Part shown: positions 8,808 through 16,863 of the stretch, piece after piece
Numbering within the stretch: the first letter of the stretch is position 1
How the letters are laid out: each line of letters starts with the position of its first letter
Assembly (NCBI GenBank): GCA_944358115.1
Contig: CALVQH010000002.1
Coordinates: forward strand, 1,353-65,352
Origin: an uncultured Bacilli bacterium
GTDB taxonomy: Bacteria; Bacillota_I; Bacilli_A; RF39; UBA660
Reading direction: 5' to 3'
DNA: 64,000 nucleotides
Program-made: the position numbers and the translations under genes
The notes under the pieces: generated by a model
What the model saw: only the letters and a program-made list of their open reading frames with translations
Databases searched by the model: none
What the model was told of the DNA's origin: nothing

Positions 8808-11026
8808 TATAACTCCTCCTCCTTTAATTGTGATAAAGCAATCTCTTTATAAATTTGACAATTTTTTAAGAGTTCCTTATGAGTACCACTACCAACAACT
8901 TCTCCTTCATTTAAAACAATGATGTTATCAGCATTCATAATTGTACTAATTCTTTGGGCCACAATTAAAACAGTAGCATTTTTGGCATATTTGAATAAAG
9001 CTTTTCTTAAGGCCGCATCCGTTTTGAAATCAAGGGCACTAAAAGAATCATCAAATATATAAATTTCTGGATTTTTGGCAATTGCTCTAGCAATAGATAA
9101 ACGTTGTTTTTGGCCACCACTTACATTGGTACCACCTTGAGATATCTCACTATCAAATTTATCTTTTTTCTCATTAATAAATTCTAGAGATTGACTTACT
9201 TTGGCTGCTTCTTCCATTTCTTCTTCGGTTAGATTGTCATTTCCAAGCATTAAATTGGATTTAATGGTTCCTGAGAAAAGCATTCCTTTTTGAGGAACAT
9301 AACCAATTCTGTTTCTAAGTTCTACTACAGATGCATCTTTAATATTGACGCCATCGACTATAATTTCACCACTTGTGGCATCAAAGAATCTAGGAATTAA
9401 GTTAATTAAAGTAGATTTACCAGAGCCTGTTGAACCAATAAATGCTGTAGTCGTTCCTGGTGTTGCTTTAAAACTGACATTTTTTAGCATTGCTTCATCC
9501 GCATCAGGATATTTGAAACTGACATTTTTAAATTCAATTACTCCTCTTTCATTTTCTTTAAATGGGATTGGACTCTCTGGTTCTACAATTGAAACATTTT
9601 TCTTTAATATTTCTTTAATTCTTTTTAATGATACTAAAGCACGGGGAAGCATTACAGATACTAGTGAAATCATTAAGAAAGACATAATAATTTGCATGGT
9701 ATAAGTAATGAATGCTAGAAGTGTTCCTACTTGTAATGTTCCAAAATCAATTTCTTTGGCACCATACCATACAATTAGAATACTAATAATATTCATAACT
9801 AACATCATACTAGGCATCATAATACCCATTAAGCGATTTACAAATAAGTTTGTTTTGGTTAGTTTTGCATTGGCTTTATCGAATCTTTCTTCTTCATATT
9901 TTTCAGTCCCAAACGTTCTAATAACTGGCATTCCTGTGATGATTTCTCTTGATACTAAATTCATTTTATCAATTAATTTTTGCATACTTTTAAATTTTGG
10001 CATGGCTAGTCCAAATAAAATGCCAATTAAAACAAGAATAATGATTAAAGCAATTCCAATAATCCAATTAAGAGGATTATCACTTACTTTAATGAATGCG
10101 CCAATTCCCATGATAGGTGCAAACACAACGATACGAAGTAACATAATAAAAAACATCTTTATTTGTTCAATATCATTCGTAGCTCTAGTAATTAGACTTG
10201 ATGCCCCGAATTCTTTAAATTCAGAGGAAGAAAAACTCATGATTTTTCTTACTACTTTACTTCTTAATACATAGCCTATTTTAGCGGCTAATTTAGCAAC
10301 TAGGAAGCCAACAATGATCGCTATTACCATTCCAGCTGCGGCAATGGCAAGCATCATCATTCCTTTATTAATAATATAATTCATTTGATAGTGATTCATA
10401 TCCATGCCTATTTCTTGATAAATGAGGCTTACACTAGAGATAGCGTATTGATCTAATATGGAAGAATCTAGGTTTGTTAGTGATCCTTTAATAGAATCAA
10501 TTACCATATTAAACGTATTATTATCCATCGCTAAAACAACATCTAAAAGTGTTTCCTCTTCGGGAATTGATACATTTAATAAATTTGCAAGGCTTTCATT
10601 ATTACTATATAACATGGTGGTAATAATGAGTGGAATCTTTATCTTTTCTTCCACGATACTTGCTTCTTCTTCTGTTAAATCATTTAATAAATAAAGATTT
10701 TCACTTTTTAATAGCGGATAATCATTGCTTAATTTTTCAAAGTCTTGCGTACTTAAGTTATCAGCAATATAAAGATCGTAACTTGCCATGATTGCAGGAT
10801 CGTCGTTGCTTATTTTGACAATCGCATCAAACATATCAACTGTTAATACTTCTGGTAAACCGGAATCAACACCACCTTGTTGAATTCCATTGTTGATAAT
10901 ATCTGAAGTATAGCTTGGTAATTCTAGATCACATAAAGCTTGAACAGCCAGTAGGCCAATTACCACAATAATCGGAATTACAAAAGCTAAAAAAATATTA
11001 TTCTTTTTCAAAAAAATCCCTCCCAT
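8807..11026 (-). CDS. ABC exporter, fused permease/ATPase subunit (heterodimer partner A) with a large extracytoplasmic insert after TM1
   Basis: 739 aa with Walker A GSTGSGKST, signature VSGGQKQR and Walker B YIFDDSFS. About 190 aa lie between the first and second TM segments. Confidence 0.9.
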   Translation of the reverse strand: MGGIFLKKNNIFLAFVIPIIVVIGLLAVQALCDLELPSYTSDIINNGIQQGGVDSGLPEVLTVDMFDAIVKISNDDPAIMASYDLYIADNLSTQDFEKLSNDYPLLKSENLYLLNDLTEEEASIVEEKIKIPLIITTMLYSNNESLANLLNVSIPEEETLLDVVLAMDNNTFNMVIDSIKGSLTNLDSSILDQYAISSVSLIYQEIGMDMNHYQMNYIINKGMMMLAIAAAGMVIAIIVGFLVAKLAAKIGYVLRSKVVRKIMSFSSSEFKEFGASSLITRATNDIEQIKMFFIMLLRIVVFAPIMGIGAFIKVSDNPLNWIIGIALIIILVLIGILFGLAMPKFKSMQKLIDKMNLVSREIITGMPVIRTFGTEKYEEERFDKANAKLTKTNLFVNRLMGIMMPSMMLVMNIISILIVWYGAKEIDFGTLQVGTLLAFITYTMQIIMSFLMISLVSVMLPRALVSLKRIKEILKKNVSIVEPESPIPFKENERGVIEFKNVSFKYPDADEAMLKNVSFKATPGTTTAFIGSTGSGKSTLINLIPRFFDATSGEIIVDGVNIKDASVVELRNRIGYVPQKGMLFSGTIKSNLMLGNDNLTEEEMEEAAKVSQSLEFINEKKDKFDSEISQGGTNVSGGQKQRLSIARAIAKNPEIYIFDDSFSALDFKTDAALRKALFKYAKNATVLIVAQRISTIMNADNIIVLNEGEVVGSGTHKELLKNCQIYKEIALSQLKEEEL

Positions 11027-11140
11027 TTATTATATTAGTCGTACGTCTAATTATATCAAAAAATGATGTATTTGTTAACTAAAAGTTATTTTTTATAGAC
11101 ATAATTTTTAGATGTGGTAAAATAAAGATAAGGTGATCAT

Positions 11141-11461
11141 ATGAAAGCATATATAGATGCATATATTAAAGTGTTAGAAGATAAGATTCAAAATAAGGAT
11201 GTTAGTCAAGAATTAAAGGATGAACTTTTAATTAAAATTAATTTTTTTAATAAAGAGAGAATCATCCATTTAATCATTACTCTTTTTTATGCTTTATTTA
11301 CAGTATTGTTTATTTGTCATATTAGAGATTCTCTCTTATATTTAATTTTTGCTCTTTTTATGGTTTGTTTTTTAATTCCTTACATCATTTATTATTTTCG
11401 ATTAGAAGCACGAGTTCAATATTTATATAAATTATATGACAAAATAAAAAATTCAGATTAA
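11141..11461 (+). CDS. small membrane protein, unknown function
   Basis: 106 aa with two hydrophobic helices and an AAGGTGA RBS upstream of the ATG. Confidence 0.55.
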   Translation: MKAYIDAYIKVLEDKIQNKDVSQELKDELLIKINFFNKERIIHLIITLFYALFTVLFICHIRDSLLYLIFALFMVCFLIPYIIYYFRLEARVQYLYKLYDKIKNSD

Positions 11462-11476
11462 TTTCTGAATTTTTTT
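11451..11476. terminator. bidirectional hairpin terminator between the convergent 11141..11461 and hup genes
   Basis: ATTCAGA / TCTGAAT stem flanked by an A-run on the left and a T-run on the right. Confidence 0.55.
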
Positions 11477-11486
11477 AACTGCTAAA

Positions 11487-11759
11487 TTAGTTTAAAGCGT
11501 CTTTTAATTTGCTTCCAGCTTTGAATGAAGCAACAGTCTTAGCAGGAATTTTGATAGCTTCTTTTGTTAAAGGATTGATTCCTTCACGTGCAGCACGTTT
11601 TTTTGCACTAAAAGTTCCAAATCCAACTAAAGTTACTTTTCCTTCTTTTTTTAGTCCAGTTTGGATACCTTCTAATAAAGCATCTAATACACGTCCTACT
11701 TCTGCTTTTGATACTTCCGTTTTTGCAGCAGCAAATTCTACTAATTCAGTTCTTGACAT
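11487..11759 (-). CDS. hup: DNA-binding protein HU
   Basis: 90 aa. VTLVGFGTFSAKKRAAREGINPLTKEAIKIPAKTVASFKAGSKLKDAL is a canonical HU/IHF arm. Confidence 0.9.
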   Translation of the reverse strand: MSRTELVEFAAAKTEVSKAEVGRVLDALLEGIQTGLKKEGKVTLVGFGTFSAKKRAAREGINPLTKEAIKIPAKTVASFKAGSKLKDALN

Positions 11760-11907
11760 TTTAATTTACCTCCCAACTTCAAAAACTAAAATTTATAAGG
11801 TCTTTACCTTACATAATAACATTATCAAAAAATGCCCGTAAAATCAAGGATTTTTTTACTTTTTTCATCATATTTCTACAACAAAAATTCAATTTTACTC
11901 TTGTTTT

Positions 11908-11938
11908 ACAAAAAATAGAGTATGTTTTATACTCTATT
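11908..11938 (-). terminator. Rho-independent terminator of the Pro-rich protein gene
   Basis: Perfect 10-bp stem AATAGAGTAT (11914-11923) / ATACTCTATT (11929-11938), followed by a T-run on the minus strand. Confidence 0.6.
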
Positions 11939-12884
11939 CACTCTTCCTAGCTGGTAAATCAATTCGTTTTGGTAACTCAATTCTTTCTTTTGGAGTTTCT
12001 TTTGGCTCTTCTCTAACATATACAGAACTAAAAGTTTCTGGTTGTTTTGATTGATGATTTGTTACTTCACTCATTGGTGTTACTTTTACTTCATCATATT
12101 TTTTAGAATCATTTTCTAGTTCATCTAGTTCTTTAGAAATTGATTTTGCTAAGGCATCAAAATCTATATTTGGTACTTTAATTTGTTCTGCTTCAGTTTT
12201 TTCTACTGGTTGATAATAAGTATTGATAACTGGTTCTTCATTGATTTGAAGAATTGGTTCTTCTTCTTTAATAACAGGAGCTACTGGTTCTTCTTTTACT
12301 TCGTTAATTGGTGTTGGATCTGCTACATTAGTAACAGGTCTTACAGGTTCAGCTGGTATTTCAATTTTGGTAGGTTCTAATTTAATAGGAGCTTCTACCT
12401 CTTTTTTTTCTGTAACAATTGGTGTTACTGGTGTAATAATTGGTTCTACCTTTGGCGTATTTATTACTGGAGTAGGAGCTGGTTCTTCTACTGTTAAATT
12501 ATCAACATAATCATTATTTTCTTCTTTTATTGGTGGTACAGGCATTACTGGAGTTACCGGTTCAGGAGTTACAGAAGGTGCAACTGGCTCCACTGGTAGT
12601 GGCTTAACTGGCTCTACTACCGTTGGTGCTGGTTCCAAATTGATAGGAGCTACTGGCTCTGGATCCTTTGGAATTTCTACCGGTGTCGGTGTACTCGTTT
12701 CTTTAAATGTATTTTGAGCATTTATGTTTTGCGTTGCTTCTAGCTTTCTTTTCTTTTCATCCTTCTTACCAAAAAATAAAACAATCAAAAATGTTACTAC
12801 TAAAAAGGCAATAACTGCAAATAAACCAATACCAAAATAATTACTACTATATAATTTATCAAGGAAATCCATCCTTAACACCAC
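11934..12884 (-). CDS. N-terminally anchored proline-rich (PV/EP repeat) protein
   Basis: 316 aa with TM FGIGLFAVIAFLVVTFLIVLFF, then an extended low-complexity P/V/E/T region. Confidence 0.7.
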   Translation of the reverse strand: MVLRMDFLDKLYSSNYFGIGLFAVIAFLVVTFLIVLFFGKKDEKKRKLEATQNINAQNTFKETSTPTPVEIPKDPEPVAPINLEPAPTVVEPVKPLPVEPVAPSVTPEPVTPVMPVPPIKEENNDYVDNLTVEEPAPTPVINTPKVEPIITPVTPIVTEKKEVEAPIKLEPTKIEIPAEPVRPVTNVADPTPINEVKEEPVAPVIKEEEPILQINEEPVINTYYQPVEKTEAEQIKVPNIDFDALAKSISKELDELENDSKKYDEVKVTPMSEVTNHQSKQPETFSSVYVREEPKETPKERIELPKRIDLPARKSE

Positions 12885-12924
12885 CTTTTATTCTATTTAT
12901 AAGTCTACCATATCTATATGCGAA

Positions 12925-12960
12925 AATCAAGAATAAAATGTAAAGTTTTTTACTTTACAT
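12925..12960 (-). terminator. hairpin + T-run downstream of the gene fragment / recombinase read-through
   Basis: ATGTAAAGT (12938-12946) / ACTTTACAT (12952-12960), followed on the minus strand by TTTATTCTTGATTTT. Confidence 0.45.
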
Positions 12961-12964
12961 TCAT

Positions 12965-13225
12965 TTACATTGCTACTTGATATGGGTCTGTTGCTGTTCC
13001 GGAACCGGTTAGTGAGACATCTGCACGTAAGTTGATGACAGGTCGGACATATGAATTATCCGCGTGATCCTGGGAGAGAGTTCCAACTGAAACTACGTAA
13101 CCCAAGACGGCCTGTGGATAGCTTAATGGAGACATAGTCCAATAGCTTTGCCCTGTGTATAGGTAATAATAAGGATTTGGAGTTCCATTTACTCCTCCAG
13201 CAAAGGCTACTTCGCCTGTCTTTAT
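12965..13225 (-). pseudogene. C-terminal 86-codon fragment of a paralogue of the 5176..6504 surface-protein gene
   Basis: Own translation (frame +1 relative to the recombinase ORF): IKTGEVAFAGGVNGTPNPYYYLYTGQSYWTMSPLSYPQAVLGYVVSVGTLSQDHADNSYVRPVINLRADVSLTGSGTATDPYQVAM*. This aligns with ITADETVYSGGV...CLYTRQNYWTISP...IRPVINLRGDLELVGSGTATDPYIVS* of the intact gene. An in-frame TAG lies immediately upstream. Confidence 0.8.
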
Positions 13226-14933
13226 CTAATGACAACCTATCATTTTTAATAAGTTCCTCATTAGATAAAGAGGAATTTTCCAACTTTTTATGGTTTTCTT
13301 CTTCTAAATTAAACTTATATTCTTTACCAGTTTTAAGAATAAAATTTATAGCATAAGGATCTTTAGTACCATCTTCATTTATAGCACCAACAATAATACA
13401 TTCTACTAAATTTTCAAATATTTCTTTATCAAATTCCTTAAGCGAAGTTTTTGAATTTAGTATTTTTTCTATTTTTTGCAATCTATCATTTATGTTTTCA
13501 GTCTCTTGTATTTTACTATAAATTTTTTCATTTTCCTGTTCATAATACTTAATTTTATTATTTATTTCCTGTTCTTTTAAAATATAAGTTTCCTTATCAA
13601 TGTAATTTTCAAGTTTCATATCTACTAACTTTGATTTCTTATCTTTTAGATGTTGTATCTCATCATTGTTTTTTTGCAGATCTTTTTCAAAATCTAAATT
13701 TACTAGTGTTGATTTAATTGTTTCAAATAGTTTCTTTTTATCTTTTTTATGAGTGTTGCAAATATTTTGGAAAACTTTCAAAAAAATTTCTTTTAAATAA
13801 TCATCTCTAATACTTCTGCTTTCACAAACTGAACCAGATGCTACTCTATGTGAACATGCCCAATACACATGTTTACCTTCACCATTTTTCTTTTTACAGG
13901 TTCTCCTCACATAATAGCAATTACAAAATGCACATATAATTTTACTACTAAAAGCATAACGTCTACTATACTTATCACAATGTGTATGTCCATCAGGCTT
14001 TGCTTGTTTACTTCTTTTTTTGTATATTTCTTGTGCCTTATTCCAAGTTTCTCTATCTATTATCGCAACATGATGATTCATGGTATAATATTTATCCATT
14101 TCACCATAATTTAACTTCTTTTTATGAGTCAAAGGATCTTCTACATAACTTTTTTGCGTCATTAAATCTCCCACATATTTTTCATTTGTTATGATTCTAA
14201 CGATAGTCGCTTGTTGCCAATTAGACTTTCCTTTTGCAGTAGGTATTCCTTCTTTAGTTAGAATCTTTGCAATTCTACCAGTTCCAACACCATCTATATA
14301 CAATTGAAAAATTCTTCTAACAACTTCTGCTTGGTGTTCGATTATGACATACTCTTTTTTTTCTTTATCCCAATGTAAGCCATAACATCCGTAAAAACCT
14401 ACAGCTTTACCCTCTTTCATTTTTGCTTTCAATCCTAATTTTATATTCGTTGAAATAGATTCGCTTTCGCCTTGTGCAAAAGCACTATAAAGGGTAAGCC
14501 ACATTTCACTATTCATATCTAATGTATGAATATTTTCCTTTTCAAAATAAACATCTACATTATGTTCTCTAAGAAGTCTTATGTATTTTAAAGTATCCAT
14601 AGTATTTCTAGCAAACCTAGATATTGATTTTGCAATTATAATATCAATTTTTCCATCTAAAGCATCTTGTATCATTTTCTGAAATTGTATTCTTTTTTTT
14701 ACCTGAGTTCCGGATATTCCTTCGTCGGCATAGACGCCTACAAATTGCCAATCTGGATTACTTTTTATCATTTTAGAATAATGCTTGATTTGAGAAATAT
14801 AGCTAGTTTTTTGATCCTCACTGTCTGTACTTACTCTTGCATAAACACAAACCCTGAATAATCCACTTCTAATTACATTTTTAAGAGTTTTGTTAAAGAG
14901 ATTAGTTGCTGCAATAACCTCTACTAAAGCCAA
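13056..14933 (-). CDS. large serine recombinase (ICE integrase); last ~57 codons read out-of-frame through the flanking gene fragment
   Basis: TTG start with AGGAGG RBS. Resolvase catalytic motif VCVYARVSTDSEDQ, then SISRFARNTMDTLKYIRLL. Recombinase domain, zinc ribbon CAFCNCYYVRRTC...WACSHRVASGSVCES, and a long coiled-coil region. Confidence 0.9.
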   Translation of the reverse strand: MALVEVIAATNLFNKTLKNVIRSGLFRVCVYARVSTDSEDQKTSYISQIKHYSKMIKSNPDWQFVGVYADEGISGTQVKKRIQFQKMIQDALDGKIDIIIAKSISRFARNTMDTLKYIRLLREHNVDVYFEKENIHTLDMNSEMWLTLYSAFAQGESESISTNIKLGLKAKMKEGKAVGFYGCYGLHWDKEKKEYVIIEHQAEVVRRIFQLYIDGVGTGRIAKILTKEGIPTAKGKSNWQQATIVRIITNEKYVGDLMTQKSYVEDPLTHKKKLNYGEMDKYYTMNHHVAIIDRETWNKAQEIYKKRSKQAKPDGHTHCDKYSRRYAFSSKIICAFCNCYYVRRTCKKKNGEGKHVYWACSHRVASGSVCESRSIRDDYLKEIFLKVFQNICNTHKKDKKKLFETIKSTLVNLDFEKDLQKNNDEIQHLKDKKSKLVDMKLENYIDKETYILKEQEINNKIKYYEQENEKIYSKIQETENINDRLQKIEKILNSKTSLKEFDKEIFENLVECIIVGAINEDGTKDPYAINFILKTGKEYKFNLEEENHKKLENSSLSNEELIKNDRLSLDKDRRSSLCWRSKWNSKSLLLPIHRAKLLDYVSIKLSTGRLGLRSFSWNSLPGSRG

Positions 14934-14992
14934 GTTTACCTCCTTTTCTGACCTGCAGCATCTCCATTTAAATTATAACGCTAAAACTAATT

Positions 14993-15136
14993 TTATACAG
15001 CCTGTTTCTTTAATTTTTCTTTTAAAATCACAAACTCTTTTTCAGTTAATAATTTTTTCTTATATAAATTCAAAATTATTGCCAAATTGATACAATACTC
15101 TATTGTTTTATCTTGATTTTCATTTTTATCATTCAT
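14993..15136 (-). CDS. small protein (47 aa) immediately upstream of the integrase; candidate excision/directionality accessory
   Basis: Own translation MNDKNENQDKTIEYCINLAIILNLYKKKLLTEKEFVILKEKLKKQAV*. Strong GGGGGT RBS 5 nt upstream of the ATG. Not in the ORF track (short). Confidence 0.45.
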   Translation of the reverse strand: MNDKNENQDKTIEYCINLAIILNLYKKKLLTEKEFVILKEKLKKQAV

Positions 15137-15233
15137 GATTACCCCCATTCAATTCATTGCATTAGCTAATCTTTTCCAAAACCCCTTTTTTATTCATAAT
15201 AAATAATTCCTCTTATTCTTTTATTTTTCTTCA

Positions 15234-15566
15234 TTACAATTCTTTTTCTTTTTCACTTAAATATGTTTGAAAATCTCCTAACATATCTAGCGCATTAGAC
15301 AAAGATTTACTATCAAAAAAGGTTTCAATATCCATATCCAATGACAGATTATATAGAGTGTCAAAAACATCACTTGTTTTCAACAAGTATGTTAGTTGCG
15401 CAGAATTTAAATCTTTATAATTTAAAAATGGTAAGTGATTTTTAAAAACTATTTCATCTGCGTCATCACTTATCTCCATTTTTGACTTTTTTACTATTTT
15501 AATTAAATAGCTAGAATGTGAATCCATTATTTTTGATTCCAACATTTTTAAAAATATATCATTCAT
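15234..15566 (-). CDS. hypothetical protein (110 aa)
   Basis: ORF overlaps the upstream gene by 4 nt (operon). No motif recognised. Confidence 0.6.
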   Translation of the reverse strand: MNDIFLKMLESKIMDSHSSYLIKIVKKSKMEISDDADEIVFKNHLPFLNYKDLNSAQLTYLLKTSDVFDTLYNLSLDMDIETFFDSKSLSNALDMLGDFQTYLSEKEKEL

Positions 15567-16099
15567 TTTTCAATATCACACTCCTCGTTATTTAGAACTA
15601 AATCAGAAATATTTAATTGCTTTTCTAAATAATTAACTACACTTTGGATGTCATATCCTATTTCTTTATCAAAAGAACCAGCTATACTTAAAAAAGTAGT
15701 TTTCCCATCCGTTACTCCTTCCATTACATTTCCAAATAGTCCATCATAACCGGTCCTTAAAGCAACAGAAGGTTGCCATATATCTCGTACTTTAATAATC
15801 TCATTGGCTTGCTGATTAGTTCCTATAGAAATACATGCTGTGTCCATACCAATTTGATGTTTTATTAGACCATCTGCTTTGTATCTAAACCCATGCTCTA
15901 CAAAAACACAATCATTGTCATTTTTCTTCAATAAAATTTCAAAATCTATAAATTCTCCATCATCAGTAATATCTAGTTCGCTAATCCAATCATCCCCATC
16001 TAGTTGATCATTTTCATATCTACATTCCACATTCTTATCATAACTAGGATCAGATACAATGACATGTTTTAAATTTTTAATTAAACCTCTATATCGCAT
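15563..16099 (-). CDS. hypothetical protein (178 aa)
   Basis: ORF is translationally coupled on both sides. No motif recognised with confidence. Confidence 0.6.
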   Translation of the reverse strand: MRYRGLIKNLKHVIVSDPSYDKNVECRYENDQLDGDDWISELDITDDGEFIDFEILLKKNDNDCVFVEHGFRYKADGLIKHQIGMDTACISIGTNQQANEIIKVRDIWQPSVALRTGYDGLFGNVMEGVTDGKTTFLSIAGSFDKEIGYDIQSVVNYLEKQLNISDLVLNNEECDIEK

Positions 16100-16829
16100 T
16101 TATTTCATCCCCCTTATCATCATTTTTATTTATTTCCTCTTCAAAAAGCCACTTAAGAGCATCGACTTCATTATTAAATTCTTCTGTCCAACAATTTCCA
16201 CCAATATTATCAACTGCAACAAAAAAATCGCCATCAACACAATAAAGGCGATTTGAAACAATAGGCGTTTTTTTACCTTCATCCCAGCATTTTATATATT
16301 CGTTCAATATATCTTTAGAAACTAAATTTATTTTTGAATATCCATCATAAAAGCATTCTTCTGAAGAACTTTTACAATAACAAAGATTGTTCTCATTATC
16401 CGATATGTACACTTCATTATTTATATTGTCTTTAAAATATTTTCTTGCTTTATCTAATGCTTTAAAAAAATTTTCATCTGTTTCAATTTCTTTTTTCTCA
16501 TTTACATTATTTTCCATTGCAATTATTGTATATTTTTTAGTTTGCTTACTATCTAAATTTTTACTTTTATCCACTTCAAAATCATAAAAATTTTCATCAC
16601 ATTCTTTACACAAATAAGAATAATCTATTAGATCACTTATTAAGAGTTTATTATTACAATGAGGACAGTCGAAATCAGTATTTAAAAGTTTACTGTCTTC
16701 ATTTTCTGTAATCTCATATAATGTTTCATAAATATTTTTCAATGTATCTAATGTGATTTTAATATCATTTTTTGCAGATTTGTCATTCTGAATATAGTCA
16801 TTCAAATCCTGAATGTAATTATAGGCCAC
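16089..16829 (-). CDS. hypothetical protein with Cys4 zinc-ribbon (246 aa)
   Basis: CPHCNNKL...(17 aa)...CKECDENF. Confidence 0.6.
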   Translation of the reverse strand: MAYNYIQDLNDYIQNDKSAKNDIKITLDTLKNIYETLYEITENEDSKLLNTDFDCPHCNNKLLISDLIDYSYLCKECDENFYDFEVDKSKNLDSKQTKKYTIIAMENNVNEKKEIETDENFFKALDKARKYFKDNINNEVYISDNENNLCYCKSSSEECFYDGYSKINLVSKDILNEYIKCWDEGKKTPIVSNRLYCVDGDFFVAVDNIGGNCWTEEFNNEVDALKWLFEEEINKNDDKGDEINAI

Positions 16830-16863
16830 TTTTATATTTTCTAGTTTTTTAATATTATTAATA

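Noticed and set aside
7093-10694. Plus-strand ORFs inside the ABC exporter genes (7093..7443, 8626..8922, 9345..9704, 9708..10274, 10458..10694)
   Set aside because: They lie entirely antisense to long, motif-rich ABC transporter genes, have no RBS or recognisable motifs, and show the hydrophobic, low-complexity composition typical of shadow ORFs in A+T-rich DNA. The same reasoning applies to the other short antisense track ORFs (e.g. 1062..1307, 3892..4170, 11509..11841, 13869..14194, 57062..57329, 61464..61841).
12000-12720. Periodic-looking P/V/E-coding DNA considered as a tandem-repeat or CRISPR-like array
   Set aside because: It lies inside one continuous 316-codon ORF with an N-terminal TM anchor. 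The repeats are imperfect, coding low complexity (PV/EP), not spacer-repeat architecture.
12938-12960. Palindrome ATGTAAAGT-N5-ACTTTACAT sharing its half-site with the operator-like palindrome at 6572-6592; considered as a second operator of the same XRE regulator
   Set aside because: Here it sits immediately after a stop codon and is followed by a T-run on the coding strand, so a terminator explains it. The shared 9-mer is A+T-rich and could recur by chance. It remains listed as a terminator.
13056-13225. C-terminal ~57 residues of the recombinase ORF as a genuine extra domain
   Set aside because: This stretch is the out-of-frame translation of a recognisable gene fragment (another frame gives a clean match to the 5176..6504 protein C-terminus). 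The tail is therefore most simply a junction artefact, not a conserved domain.
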